Below, one piece after another: positions 11,601-20,361 of a DNA stretch of 64,000 nucleotides. Position numbers and translations under genes: made by a program. The stretch comes from an uncultured Clostridia bacterium (GTDB lineage Bacteria; Bacillota; Clostridia; TANB77; CAG-508), in NCBI GenBank assembly GCA_948852945.1, contig CAQPBJ010000002.1, positions 4,265-68,264 on the forward strand. Direction: 5' to 3'. The notes under the pieces are model-generated. The model saw only the letters and a program-made list of their open reading frames with translations. It had not been told where the DNA came from and did not search any database. How positions within the stretch are numbered: position 1 is the stretch's first letter; each line of letters starts with the position of its first letter.

Positions 11601-14600
11601 TTTGGTACTGTTGTATATGCATCATTTGGTCTATAATCTGATACCTCATCTTCTGCTAAAGCTGTAGTAGTACCTTTAATATAATGATGAACTGTTACTT
11701 TACCTTTTCTTTCGTTAGGTATATCAAATTCTTTTACACCATCTTGTCTAAATTCTATAGTAGTAGGTTCTTCATTTAACCAATAGCCTTCTGGAGCTAC
11801 AAGTTCTGTAACTTTATATTTACCAAAAGGCACTTGAATAATCGCCTGACCGTCTAAATTTGTTTCAATTTCTGTATGATACAACTCTGAATCATTTGTT
11901 GTTATATTTATACTATTAATAGTAAATTTATCATCTCCAAAAGATATACTAGCATTTTTATAATATCCAAAATGTAAATAATATATTTTTCCTCCATTTA
12001 ACACAGTATTATAATCTTTTGCTACCTGTGTTCCTGATATATAAATAAATCTTCCTAAAGCATTACCATATGTTGGTCTAGTTGTATTTTCTGTTACCGT
12101 TGCATATCCATAGTCTCCACCACTTTGACTTACTATTTCTGCATTTACAGTTAAATTATATTTACCTACATATTCTGTTAAATCAATTGGTATATATGAA
12201 TTAGCCACAGTATCATCTTTACTTTGGTTATTTGATTCATATTTTCCCGCATTTTCTATAAAATTATAGTTTGTAATTATTGCTTGATATAGATTAATGC
12301 TATTAATTACTATCTGATCATTACCTGTATCTACACTACCATCTTTTCTATACCCTAAATGTAAATAATATACTTTTCCACCTTCTAAAACCATTGATAT
12401 ATAATCTTTAGCAACTTTAGTTCCTGATATATAAACGAATCTTCCTGTGCTTGAATTATATTCTGGTGCTGTAGTAGTTTCTGTTACCGTTGCATAACCA
12501 TAATCTGCAGTTTGGCTTGAAGATTCTGCATTTACAACTACTACATATTTTCCTTCTTTATTTGTTAAATCTATTGGAATATATGAATTAGCTGTTGTAT
12601 TCTGTATACCTTCAGTTCCACCATTAGCTATTTGATAAGTCTTACTATTTGTTGGAACATATTTTCCAGATTGTTCTATAAAATATTGTGTTCCATTATT
12701 AGTTAAACTACCTAAACTATCTATTATTTCATTTGTTTTATCTGCTGATACATATTTTTGACCATTTGCTGTTAACTCTCCTATAACGTTTTTAGGATTT
12801 TGTCTTTCTTCTAATTGGTCTAATTTAAATTTAGCTCCAGTAATTCTTTCCTTTGTTTGTGAATCTATTTTATTTATTGTTATCTTACTATTTGCTAATG
12901 CATATGTAACAACAATATTTTTATTTTCTGTAACATTTGTAAACTGTGGCATTATATATGAACCATCTTCCAAAGTTTCAAATTGATGTTCTTCATCATT
13001 TACAGTAATAGAAATAATTTCATATCCTTCATCTGGAATTATTTTAATTTCTTTTGTAGATGTTCCTCCATATTGTATAGTTTCAAAATTTGTTAAACCT
13101 TCACCTGAAATTGTTCCACCTGACACACCATCTATCTGTTGAATATTTGTTGTTATTTTAAATTCTTTTAAATAGTTTTTAACTTCTAACTCTTGAACAT
13201 CAGGCACTCCCATTTCAGCCTGTACTTTAGCTATAAACGCATCTTCATTTCCCTGAGACGTTATATTTTCACCTTTTTCTCCTATAATACTTCCTGAATA
13301 ATTTCCAGCCAACAATATTGAGCCATCTACAGTTTCTGATACTGAATTAATATTTGAACCAGTTGTATATTTCCACTTTAAATCACCCTTTGAACCATAT
13401 TTTGCAATTAAGCCTCTCATTGGCCATTGATTTTTTACACTATCATAAACACCAATTTTTCCACCAACAAGTATTCCACCATCAGAAGCCTCTTTTACCG
13501 AATAAACCGCATCGGCTGTTCTTTCAGTTATCTCTTTATGCCATTCTAAGTTTCCATTTTTATCATATTTTAATATTATTCCATCAATATCTAAACCAGA
13601 AACTCTATCACCATTATCTAAAACAATATTTAATTTAAATGTACCACCAGCAATTACTCCACCATCGCTTGTTGCACCAACAGAATAAATATAATCATAT
13701 ACTCCTGCTCCACCAACTTGTTTATACCATTCTAGCTTGCCATTTTTATCATATTTTAATATCAAACCTGCATAACCGCCACCGGTAACAGTTATTCTAT
13801 CTCCGTTTTCTAATATAAGTGATTCTCTGAAATATCCTCCTGCAACTATTCCTCCATCTGCTGTTTCTGCAACTGAACAAATAGTATCATATGCAGAATC
13901 TTGTAATCTTTTATAATACTCTAAATCTCCACTTTTATCATATTTTAATATTATTCCATCACAATCGCCAACAGATGTTAAAACCTCTCCATTATCTAAT
14001 GTAATTGAACCATTAAACTCTCCTCCTATTAAAAATCCATCATCTGCTGTTGTTGCTAAAGATAAGATAGCATTATTATTTCCTTTTATTTGTTTATACC
14101 ACTCAAATTCTCCAGATTCAGAATATTTAAAAATTATTCCATTAGTTTGTGTTCCTGATGTTATTTTATCTCCATTTTCTAGTATAAACCATCCATCATT
14201 ATAATATTGACTACTAAATTTTCCACCTACTAATATTCCTCCATCTGATGTCTCAACAATAGATTTAATCTGACTACCATTTGTTTTTAATTGTTTATAC
14301 CACTCAATTTTACTATCATTACCATATTTTACAATTAATCCATATTCATTATTGCCATTTACAGTAGGTACTACTGTGTCATCATCTAATGTAATTGAAT
14401 TTCTAAAAGTTCCTCCTGCAACTATTCCACCATCTGATGTCCCCACAACTGTTTGAAAAGAATCTGCATTAACTCCACCAATTGACATCACTTTTTTAGG
14501 TATTATTTCAGCAGTTTCTTTCCATACTAACTTTAATATAATACCATCAGTTTTTCCATTCTTAGTAGCAACCTCTGCTTTACTTCCATCTGCTAGTATA

Positions 14601-17600
14601 ATATTATTAGTAAATTCTCCTCCTACTAATATATCTCCATTCTCCATTTCTACTAAAGAATATACTCCTATATCTCCAACTCCGGTTATTTGCTTAGCCC
14701 ATAATTCTTCGCCAGACTCAGAATATTTTAAAATCATACCATCTGTATCATAAGGACTTAATACATTTTTATCTCCAAAAGTAAGTACATTTCTAAAACT
14801 TCCTCCTACTAATATTCCTCCATCTACAGATTGTATTACTGACCTAATAGTATCACTACCAGAAGTCCCTACTTGCTTATACCACTCCAATTCTCCATCT
14901 TTAGAATATTTCAATATAAGTCCATCCGAATCACCTTTTGAACTTAATACATTTTCATCATCTAAAGTAATAGTACTTCTAAATACTCCTCCTACTAATA
15001 TTCCTCCATCTGATGTCTCTATGATAGAATACATTTCATTATCACCATTTCCACCTATATGTTTATACCATTCTAACTCTCCAGTTTTACTATATTTAGC
15101 TACTATTCCATCATTTCTATCAGAAACTAATTGAACATCATCACTCAAATTATACTCAGATGAGAACTGTCCTGCAAAAGCAATTCCACCATCAGATGTT
15201 CCACATAATGAATACACATTACTAGTACCAAAAGTTGTAACTAAATGTTTATGCCATAACAATTCTCCATTTTTACTATATTTTATTATTGCTGAATCAT
15301 ACTCTCTTCCTGCATATAAAGCATCTCCATTTTCTAATGTAACTGAGCCTGCACCATAAAAAGTCACACCTATTATTATCTCTCTATTATCTGTTTCAGA
15401 TATTGATTTAATATAATTATGTTCTCCATTTGGAATATCTTTAAACCATTCTATTTCCCCAGTTAATGTATATTTTATTAGTACTAACCCATTTGTCTTT
15501 GTCGTATAACCATTTTCTAATGTAATTTGTCTACTCATTCGAGAACCCACTATTATTCCACCATCAGATGTTCCTTGTACAGCCTCAATCATTTCTGTAC
15601 CAAATCCACCTATTTGCTTATACCATTGTATATTACCATCTTTGTCATATTTAATTACAATTCCATCTTCCGCTCCTCTAGAAGTTAACTTTTCACCATT
15701 TGTCAACGTAATAACATCTCTAAAAAATCCTCCTACTACTAAGCCACCATCTATTGTTTCTGATATTGATCTCAAATAATCATAATTAATACCTCCATAC
15801 TTATCATACAATTCTACATCCAAAGTCTTTAAAGCTTCTCTAGACGCACCTATACCAAAGTAATATTCATTATCTTTTAAAACATATCTATCATCAGCCT
15901 CTACTTCTATCGCTTTATATAACCCTTCAGGTAAATCAGCTGTTATCTCTCCATTTTCATTTGTAACTACAACATAATATTCTCTACCATTTATAGTTTC
16001 TTTAGTTCCTATAATATTTCCTTTACTATCTCTAGCTGGAATATCACCATTATCTACATTATATATAGCAAATTTTACACCAGGTAAAACTTCTGCCGTT
16101 GTTCCATCTTTCTTTACTAATTTAAATGATGGACTATCTTCAATTACTAAATGTACTACGTCTCCTTCTGAAGTATAATTTTTAGCAGTCTGACCAGCTG
16201 ATAATTCTTCTTGAAATTCTAATCCCCCATCAACTTTTTGTACTTTAAATACAATATCTTTTACTTTGGCATATCCAGCTGGAGCATATGTCTCTTTTAA
16301 TATATATGTGCAATCTAAATCTTTTCCATCAACATATTGATATAAATTAGAAATTACTATTTTTCCATTCTCATCTGAAATATATTCACCTAATGCTTTT
16401 CCATCTTTTAATAATCTAAATTTTGCACCTACTAAAAATTTTTCACTTTCACCTTTAATTGCCTTGGTTATATCTAAAGTGTATGTTGGTATCTTTTCTT
16501 TTTCCAATATAAAATTTATTGTTGGTATTTCATCAACAAGCTCAACTCTATTTTCGTTAACTGTTCCTTCATTTATAACAGCTTGATATACACCATTATT
16601 ATTTCTTATAACAAATTTAACTTTAGATACATAATAACCTTCTGCTTTCGTTTCTTGTAATACATATTCTTCATCTATATATAAACCTGCTATTGTTAAT
16701 TCACCATTTAAATCAGTTATAATACTTTTTCCGCTTTCAGGCATGCCTTTTCCTGTTAGCATATATCTAATATTATTTAACTTTCTTCCTGTACCTAATT
16801 CTTGCGCTGTTACTTTTAAATTTGGACGTACTTTATCTTCAACAGCAAGTGCAACTACATAACCTGCATCAGATTCCTTTACAACTATATTTGTCGCTTT
16901 TTTTAATGTTCCAGAAATTAAAACAGGTTCAATTTTTCCTTCAGCATTAACACTTGTTCTAAATTTAATTTCATCTGAATTTAACTCATATTGATTAGAA
17001 GTTTTTATTTCTCGAATAATATATGTTTTATCAACAAATAAATTCTTTAATATTATTTTTCCATCATTATCAGTAACTCTAGCTTTTCCTTCTTCAGCTC
17101 CTTCTTCGATAATAGAATATGTTGCTTGACCTACTAGTCTTTCTGAATCTTTTTGATATTTTGTTATCTCTAAATCAAACTGTCTTGCTATCATAAAACC
17201 TAATTTATTAGGCTCTACATATGTTCTATACTTTCCTTCTTCTGTATCTAAACTAAAATATATACCATGATGACTATATGATACTTCATTGTAATTCAAC
17301 GCTTCTGGTATTTCTATCTCATAAGTAAACTTATGTGTTTCACCTGTTACCATTGAATAGTTTTCTAAAACAATCAGATATGCTTTTATTTTTGACCAAT
17401 CAGCAGGACTTGTTGTCCAGCGGTTTTTGCTATCTGTAATATCTTTACTTGGTTGCTCAACATCTGTATAGTAAACTGTTGTCTTACCATGTAATTCTTC
17501 TGGAATCTGAATTCCTGCATCTGTCATTCTTGTATCAAATTCAGAATTCATATCTCCCTTGCTTATTGTATATGTATTTCCCTTAAATGGTATTTTTCCT

Positions 17601-20062
17601 AAAACAAATATTTCACTTATTGTATTTTCATAACCATTTTTTATTTCTAATTCTATCTTAGCTTTTCTCTGATTTTTTTCAACAATAGCATTTTGTGGAG
17701 CAATTGCTATACTTCCTTTTTCATCATAATTAGTAGCTATTTGATTCGTTAATAACGTACCTGGTGATACTAAATTTAATGTCAATCCTGTTTTATTTAC
17801 ATATTCTTTTATATTTAAATTTCCATTAATATCATAAATATCTTCTCCTCTAGAAGAATAATTTTCACAATTTTCATTACTTGCATATAACTCTATCTCT
17901 TTTGAAGTTGATACAAGTCTTGGATCTGGAGTCATATTACAATTAATTACTATTTCATATGAAGTAGGTGCATCATTTTCAGTAATAATTTTTACAAATG
18001 TACATCCATCTTCTACATATGATTCCCAGCTTATAATACTAACACTTGAATTATTTATAGTCACGTCATTTATTTCTAAATCTATTATTTCTTTAGGCAT
18101 CTTTAATAGAAATGCACCATTTATCCACTTTTCACGATTATCAGATGCACTTGTTTCTGTAACTATTTTTATTTCAACATTTTCTTCAGTTGACTGTGTA
18201 GAAAAACTTGTTCTTTCCATAACTAATTTAGCTAATGATGAAGATGCTTCATAATATGCAGTATGTGTTGTTTGACAAAAAGGTATATCGTTTATATCAC
18301 ATATTGCATTAGACTTAATTTGTGAAAAGCTATTAAATTCCTCTAGTGAATAGTTTTCTGCTATATATTCACTATTTAACTCTTTTACATTATGTATAGT
18401 TATTTGTGATCTTGGTTTTATCTCACTTGTCTCTATTCTTATATGCTCAATAGGTTCTGAATACTTATATGGATTTATTTTTGTATATTTACTCCAATTC
18501 TCTTTTGTAAATGTCTCTATCAATTCATCAGTATCATTGTTATAAACTTTTATATAACCATTATCTTCATATAAACCTGCTTTGTAATTAGAAAAATATA
18601 TACCTGCATTAGATACCATATTTTCCATAGAAATTTCAGTTCCATCATTTTTTACTAAAATATCGGATCCTTCATTTCTTATTGTAGTTTTGCATACCTT
18701 ATTTTCAGCATAATATCCATTATTAGCACGCCATAATACTTCATAAGTTTCAGTAGTAGTTGTAGATATTCCATTATATATTTTTAACGCATTATCCTTT
18801 GAAACAACATATCTTACTGGATTATATACATATTTACCTACATATACATCTAATCTTGATCCTTCTTCTTTAGTCATATTATTAAAAATAATTGAAAATA
18901 AATTCGTAATTATTTTTGATTTATATGGGTTATCAAATTCCTCATTCGGATTATTAAATCCTTCATAAAAAGCTTTAGGTTTAAATTGTAATTCTACAGA
19001 ATCTGTACCCATACTTTTATATGCCTCTAATGGATATGTTACTGTCACATTAAATCTCGTGATTCTTACACCATTAGTCAATACATATGCATTTTTAATA
19101 ATCTTCCCATTACTATCTACAATAGCCTCTCTAGTTGCAACTAATTTTTTTGTAGCCATATCATACTCAAAATTTGCATCTTTTACATCTACTCTTATTG
19201 CATCATAATCATTTAATTTTGGTATATCTAACTCAATCTGCGCTTTATTAACAAAGGCATCATTTTTAATCTCTTTTAACTCAACATCAAATTGTAAATT
19301 TATCTCGTCATTTTCTTCATCTACCATGTCTTTTACGTCTTTTTCTTGTACTGTTTTAGTAAAATTTGCCTCAACTGTTGCATACCAATCTATATTAAAT
19401 TCAACCGTTTTTTCTATCAAAGTTTCAGTTCCATCAGGTGCAACATGTACACCTGTTAATGTCACACTATTTATTTGACTATAATTATTAATATTATTTA
19501 AAAGAGCATCAGCCTTACTTGTGCTATATGAATAATTTCCTGATTTAACAACACCTGTAAATAATCTTTGTGTTCCAGTTTCTAAATCATTAAACACAAT
19601 TTGCTTAATATTTGAACCTATAGCATTTTCTTTTACATCAACATCTTTAGGTATAGCAGCTTCAAGATAAGCATTTTTAGAATTTATTAAAATTTTTCCA
19701 TTCTTCAAGTAACCTCTTCCTTGAACTTTTATGTCCATATACAAAGTATCTTGCTTACCTATTTGCCTGCAAGTTCCACGCACTCCTTCCGCATAACCAT
19801 CTCCATCTAAATCACGTAAAAAGAATGCGTCAAAATTAACATACTCTGAGTTTGTAGATTCATCTCCCTCTTCAACTCTGTCATATGTCATTGCACGAGC
19901 AAGTTCGCTACTATTTACTTCTTGTTTCTTAGTAACATTTTCTTCTTTGAAAATAAAGCTACTTGCAATTACAATAATCAATACTGCAATTGCTAAAACT
20001 GAAATTGTCCTAATTTTTATGCTTTTCAAACTTTCTCTAACTCTTTCAAATATTTTGTTCAT
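2609..20062 (-). CDS. Giant cell-wall-anchored multidomain surface adhesin 1 (5817 aa)
   Basis: Single 17.45-kb ORF. N-terminal signal anchor (ISVLAIAVLIIVIASSFIF). Cna-B/SpaA-like segments (YILKETYAPAGY, YVLQETKAEGYY). About 12 beta-propeller repeats (SDGGI.VGG...DGIILKYDKNG.LEWYKQ.GG). Two Listeria-Bacteroides-type repeats (GGTISGEG...EGYEI..ITVN). MucBP-like domains (VTVHHYIEGTT...YYYK). About 17 tandem 71-aa repeats. A C-terminal DUF11-like domain (VVVTYEIKVTNT...IENIPNGM). A sorting signal ISIKTGAEDNNT followed by a hydrophobic helix and EEKNRK. RBS AGGAG at 20068-20072. Confidence 0.9.
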   Translation of the reverse strand: MNKIFERVRESLKSIKIRTISVLAIAVLIIVIASSFIFKEENVTKKQEVNSSELARAMTYDRVEEGDESTNSEYVNFDAFFLRDLDGDGYAEGVRGTCRQIGKQDTLYMDIKVQGRGYLKNGKILINSKNAYLEAAIPKDVDVKENAIGSNIKQIVFNDLETGTQRLFTGVVKSGNYSYSTSKADALLNNINNYSQINSVTLTGVHVAPDGTETLIEKTVEFNIDWYATVEANFTKTVQEKDVKDMVDEENDEINLQFDVELKEIKNDAFVNKAQIELDIPKLNDYDAIRVDVKDANFEYDMATKKLVATREAIVDSNGKIIKNAYVLTNGVRITRFNVTVTYPLEAYKSMGTDSVELQFKPKAFYEGFNNPNEEFDNPYKSKIITNLFSIIFNNMTKEEGSRLDVYVGKYVYNPVRYVVSKDNALKIYNGISTTTTETYEVLWRANNGYYAENKVCKTTIRNEGSDILVKNDGTEISMENMVSNAGIYFSNYKAGLYEDNGYIKVYNNDTDELIETFTKENWSKYTKINPYKYSEPIEHIRIETSEIKPRSQITIHNVKELNSEYIAENYSLEEFNSFSQIKSNAICDINDIPFCQTTHTAYYEASSSLAKLVMERTSFSTQSTEENVEIKIVTETSASDNREKWINGAFLLKMPKEIIDLEINDVTINNSSVSIISWESYVEDGCTFVKIITENDAPTSYEIVINCNMTPDPRLVSTSKEIELYASNENCENYSSRGEDIYDINGNLNIKEYVNKTGLTLNLVSPGTLLTNQIATNYDEKGSIAIAPQNAIVEKNQRKAKIELEIKNGYENTISEIFVLGKIPFKGNTYTISKGDMNSEFDTRMTDAGIQIPEELHGKTTVYYTDVEQPSKDITDSKNRWTTSPADWSKIKAYLIVLENYSMVTGETHKFTYEIEIPEALNYNEVSYSHHGIYFSLDTEEGKYRTYVEPNKLGFMIARQFDLEITKYQKDSERLVGQATYSIIEEGAEEGKARVTDNDGKIILKNLFVDKTYIIREIKTSNQYELNSDEIKFRTSVNAEGKIEPVLISGTLKKATNIVVKESDAGYVVALAVEDKVRPNLKVTAQELGTGRKLNNIRYMLTGKGMPESGKSIITDLNGELTIAGLYIDEEYVLQETKAEGYYVSKVKFVIRNNNGVYQAVINEGTVNENRVELVDEIPTINFILEKEKIPTYTLDITKAIKGESEKFLVGAKFRLLKDGKALGEYISDENGKIVISNLYQYVDGKDLDCTYILKETYAPAGYAKVKDIVFKVQKVDGGLEFQEELSAGQTAKNYTSEGDVVHLVIEDSPSFKLVKKDGTTAEVLPGVKFAIYNVDNGDIPARDSKGNIIGTKETINGREYYVVVTNENGEITADLPEGLYKAIEVEADDRYVLKDNEYYFGIGASREALKTLDVELYDKYGGINYDYLRSISETIDGGLVVGGFFRDVITLTNGEKLTSRGAEDGIVIKYDKDGNIQWYKQIGGFGTEMIEAVQGTSDGGIIVGSRMSRQITLENGYTTKTNGLVLIKYTLTGEIEWFKDIPNGEHNYIKSISETDNREIIIGVTFYGAGSVTLENGDALYAGREYDSAIIKYSKNGELLWHKHLVTTFGTSNVYSLCGTSDGGIAFAGQFSSEYNLSDDVQLVSDRNDGIVAKYSKTGELEWYKHIGGNGDNEMYSIIETSDGGILVGGVFRSTITLDDENVLSSKGDSDGLILKYSKDGELEWYKQVGTSGSDTIRSVIQSVDGGILVGGSFRNVLTFGDKNVLSPYDTDGMILKYSESGEELWAKQITGVGDIGVYSLVEMENGDILVGGEFTNNIILADGSKAEVATKNGKTDGIILKLVWKETAEIIPKKVMSIGGVNADSFQTVVGTSDGGIVAGGTFRNSITLDDDTVVPTVNGNNEYGLIVKYGNDSKIEWYKQLKTNGSQIKSIVETSDGGILVGGKFSSQYYNDGWFILENGDKITSGTQTNGIIFKYSESGEFEWYKQIKGNNNAILSLATTADDGFLIGGEFNGSITLDNGEVLTSVGDCDGIILKYDKSGDLEYYKRLQDSAYDTICSVAETADGGIVAGGYFRESLILENGDRITVTGGGYAGLILKYDKNGKLEWYKQVGGAGVYDYIYSVGATSDGGVIAGGTFKLNIVLDNGDRVSGLDIDGIILKYDKNGNLEWHKEITERTADAVYSVKEASDGGILVGGKIGVYDSVKNQWPMRGLIAKYGSKGDLKWKYTTGSNINSVSETVDGSILLAGNYSGSIIGEKGENITSQGNEDAFIAKVQAEMGVPDVQELEVKNYLKEFKITTNIQQIDGVSGGTISGEGLTNFETIQYGGTSTKEIKIIPDEGYEIISITVNDEEHQFETLEDGSYIMPQFTNVTENKNIVVTYALANSKITINKIDSQTKERITGAKFKLDQLEERQNPKNVIGELTANGQKYVSADKTNEIIDSLGSLTNNGTQYFIEQSGKYVPTNSKTYQIANGGTEGIQNTTANSYIPIDLTNKEGKYVVVVNAESSSQTADYGYATVTETTTAPEYNSSTGRFVYISGTKVAKDYISMVLEGGKVYYLHLGYRKDGSVDTGNDQIVINSINLYQAIITNYNFIENAGKYESNNQSKDDTVANSYIPIDLTEYVGKYNLTVNAEIVSQSGGDYGYATVTENTTRPTYGNALGRFIYISGTQVAKDYNTVLNGGKIYYLHFGYYKNASISFGDDKFTINSINITTNDSELYHTEIETNLDGQAIIQVPFGKYKVTELVAPEGYWLNEEPTTIEFRQDGVKEFDIPNERKGKVTVHHYIKGTTTALAEDEVSDYRPNDAYTTVPKVDFEKYELEKDENGEYIIPSNAVGTYTSEDIVVTYYYVKKSIPLVVKHYIEGTEMSVPLADGSLAEDEIYSGQEGEEYQTSSKENIDWKYKLVEEPENETGVYEYPEVNVIYYYRLKDYDIATEVKTHEETNVFGETVEVKGGSISGEGLASYENVIVEANSTKDIVVEAEEGYKIKSIKVQKISEDGTITEENVELEGDIRTYTLDKFTNVITDIKVIAEFEKLQGTVTVHHYIEGTTTRVTLSDGTEAPDEIKTGYVGDVYATKALESVKVKYRVVNEPDNSSGQYIYGNIEVIYYYKLREYNYTVEYYYNGEKDETVTETATAEYGTQITEYPQKIKDGYKFEKEENKPLTITENEANNVIKSYYIKRQDLTYIVNYLDKETNKVIKSPKVVVNQEFESIINAADEVIAIKEYNYDSCEKESITITTKESDNVINLYYTKRKEQIVINNVDRKTKELLVGAKFKISPDTDNVSIGNLVANGQEYSEGMDATKEITEVRGELTNNGEYYFVERDGKYIPTNGKTYQGSRGKGNTTANSYIKIDLSQKTGTYYVVVNARVSSQNLLDYGYATITETTSAPAYNSNSGRFIYISGTKSAEDYTAILEGGKTYYLHLGYRKDILIDSGEDQIEFNSIKVYGTKKSTYNFTENSGRYESNNQGKDNTIATSYIPIDLLDATREYELIVNAEISSQNGGDYGYAIITETPERPVYSSSEKFINISGTQSAQEYVTTLQSGKVYYLHLGYYKDGSTSAGEDKFTVNNIELKAKGDSESVIEVEINDAGKATVELTKGLYKITQLEAPEGYHLNEESVIIEVSEDGEHSVTIENDKKTKVIVNHYIAIKNEDGSYTYTEEKVIAKDGTEIQSEEKIGKEGFEYKSEAVSSEDLKAIYEVCVIPDNAIGIYTRDTIVVTYYYKLKEYNYKVEYYYNGEKDEKVTEIEKATYGTQIEEYISKIKDGYKFEKEENRPLTVTENEANNVISVYYIKRTDLSYKVNYLEKGTDKVLHTQKIQGNKEFESVINSEDERIDINGYNYDSVDKDTLTITTGENVMNIYYTKRTDLSYKVNYLEKDTNKVLSTQKVQNNMIFEDVVTPSDEVITIDGYNYDSVDKDSLTITTGENIINIYYTKRTDLSYKVNYLEKDTNKVLSTQKVVDSVTFEDIITSSDEVIDIDGYNYDSVDKETLTITTRENVINIYYVKRSDLSYKVNYLEKDTSKVLSTQKLQNNVTFESVVNSENEVIEIDGYIFDSADKDTLSITTGENVINLYYTKRTDLSYKVNYLEKDTNKVLKIAKEQDGMKFADAVKAEDEVIDIDGYNYDSNDKVVLIITTGENVINIYYTKRTDLSYKVNYVEKGTNKVLGTQKIVNDVTFEEVIISSDEIIDIDGYDYDSVDKDRLTITTGENVINIYYTKRTDLSYKVNYLEKDTNKVLNTQKVQNNMILESVVNTENEVIEIDGYNYDSVDKDSLTITTSENVINIYYTKRNDLSYKVNYLEKDTDKVLSTQKIVNDVTFEDTIKASDEVVDIDGYDYNSVNVDTLTIATGENIINIYYTKRNDLSYKVNYLEKDTNKVLSTQKVVNDVTFEDVIKASDEVVDIDGYNYDSVDKNNLTITIGENVINIYYTKRTDLSYKVNYLEKDTDKVLSTQKVQEGMTFEDVVISDNEVIEIDGYNYDAVDKDTLTITTGENVINIYYTKRNDLSYKVNYLEKGTGKVLSTQKVATNVTFEDVITSSDEVINIDGYSYDSVDKDELVITTSENAINIYYTKRTDLNYKVNYLEKDTNKVLSVQKVVNEVIFEEVIKSRDEVININGYNYDSVDKDTLTITTGENVINIYYIKRTDLSYKVNYLEKETNKVLSTQKVVGNIIFEDVINAENEVITIDGYIFDSSDKDTLTISTSENVINLYYTKRTDLSYKVNYLEKDTNKVLKMAKDQDGMKFADTVKAEDEIVEIDGYNYDSNDKVVLIITTGENVINIYYTKRVDLSYKVNYLEKDTDKVLSTQKDQDGMKFAEVVTSSNEIIDIDGYTYDSVDNPILVITTGENVINIYYVKRTDLSYKVNYLEKDTNKVLSAQKVVDNATFEDVITSSEEVIDIAGYDYNSVDKETLTITTSENVINIYYTKRTDLSYTVNYLEKDTNKVLKDQKVVDNVTFEDVIKASDEVVYIYGYNYDSANVDELVIATKDNVINLYYTKKDASVIVHHYVEGTTTKVANDVTVTGKVGDDYETTIAEDLPSKYELVQAPANATGTMTEDTIEVIYYYKLKATKVIVHHYEEGTTNKLSEDVEIEGLIDSEYTTEVATDIPVKYTLSQTPANATGVMTEEVIEVIYYYAVKDAELNIFYLEKNTDIELARPEKQTGKVGEMYRTDAKEIEGYTLVENSGNTTGQLEVEPLTVIYYYLQNTRATVQYINITTGEILDERTDEGLVGDEFVTETKTFDDYILVQEPEQKTVNMAKDEIILKYYYLHVSGGIIEEHIDIINNDVLYNEVHEGNEGDEYSIPSKEFTGYDLVEDRLPANSEGYMTVSPITVTYYYIHRAKVTTQYIDKTTGNRIEEDVVETGHEDDPYTTENKIFEGYRLIQVPENSNGNMTKEDIIVKYYYVPESAGVVERHLDVLTDEPLVEERNYYGYAEDNYETEAKQIPGYDLVKERYPENATGKMTKEEIVVTYYYARRVQVQVKYVDKITGQEIADTEVIDGHKGDNYTTEEKAISGYDLIEVPTNQKGIMFDDITEVIYYYIRPAKVITNYYDIDTKETIAAEEVIDGHEGDEYETVQKEIKYYNLVEMPQNAKGNMKAEDIMVNYYYKKKDFNLKVEKQVKEIAYNGQVLSINGNIGKVELDKSGLTSAEVVVTYEIKVTNTAELKGRAELIENIPNGMTMKEEENKTWVIHEDTAILSVEDLEPGQERSYNVIMRWNPSENNLGMKENIAEIVKVDNEAGFEEITIDDNKGKADLVISIKTGAEDNNTIVKLAILVIFIVLGITVTCIIVEEKNRK
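5020..8650 (-). repeat. Tandem array of ~17 in-frame 213-bp repeats encoding 71-aa MucBP-like units
   Basis: Recurring DNA blocks (ctttgtatagtaaatattaattacattttc...) and recurring protein units DLSYKVNYLEKDTNKVLSTQKV..FEDV...DEVIDIDGYNYDSVDKD.LTITTGENVINIYYTKRT. Copies are similar but not identical. Confidence 0.8.
9300..12720 (-). repeat. Internal segmental duplication within giant 1
   Basis: DNA and protein at 9300-10060 parallel 11940-12720. Each segment encodes a pair of ~105-aa units (NTTANSYI.IDL...GRF.YISGT...YYLHLGY.KD...INSI) preceded by a Cna-B-like segment. Confidence 0.6.
13230..15780 (-). repeat. Array of ~12 ~70-aa beta-propeller (SBBP-like) repeats within giant 1
   Basis: Pattern repeated from YYFGIGASREALK (15780) to AFIAKVQAEMGVPDV (13230): [TS]SDGG.....G.F.....L..G......G..DG.I.KY...G...W.K..GG. 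Confidence 0.6.
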
Positions 20063-20103
20063 AAAAACTCCTTTAAAATAAATACTAATTATTATTAGTT
20101 TTT

Positions 20104-20131
20104 ATTTTAAATACTTATTAAGGTCTGTCAA
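20104..20131 (-). promoter_or_regulatory. Sigma-A-like promoter for giant adhesin 1
   Basis: Minus-sense TTGACA (plus 20126-20131), a 16-nt spacer, then TAAAAT (plus 20104-20109), about 40 nt upstream of the ATG. The identical arrangement is conserved upstream of giant 2. Confidence 0.45.
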
Positions 20132-20361
20132 TGTTACTTTTTTATACTTTTATAGACATTTTTCTTATCTATTCTATCAATCCTTTATCAGTACTCTTAA
20201 AGCTACGTACCACTTATTTCCAGTTAAAAATATATAAAGACTTAATATCTTTTAGTTTACAACATTTAAATTTCTTTACGGAAATCCACAGTTTATGTTA
20301 TTTTTAATAACTAATTTAAACAATTTATCCACAGGCAAAAAGTTTTCCACAACTCAATTCT

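Noticed and set aside
2604-13638. Numerous 60-100-aa plus-strand ORFs (Leu/Phe/Ser-rich) overlapping giant adhesin 1
   Set aside because: They are antisense to a continuous 17-kb ORF with strong domain structure. They are low-complexity translations of the AT-rich complement, with no RBS and no conserved motifs.
20325-20333. Perfect DnaA-box 9-mer TTATCCACA (also at 50574-50582) as a sign of a replication origin
   Set aside because: Only single perfect boxes, each at the same position in two paralogous upstream regions. There is no cluster, no dnaA or dnaN gene, and no AT-rich unwinding element context. It is more likely a chance or regulator-site match carried along by duplication.
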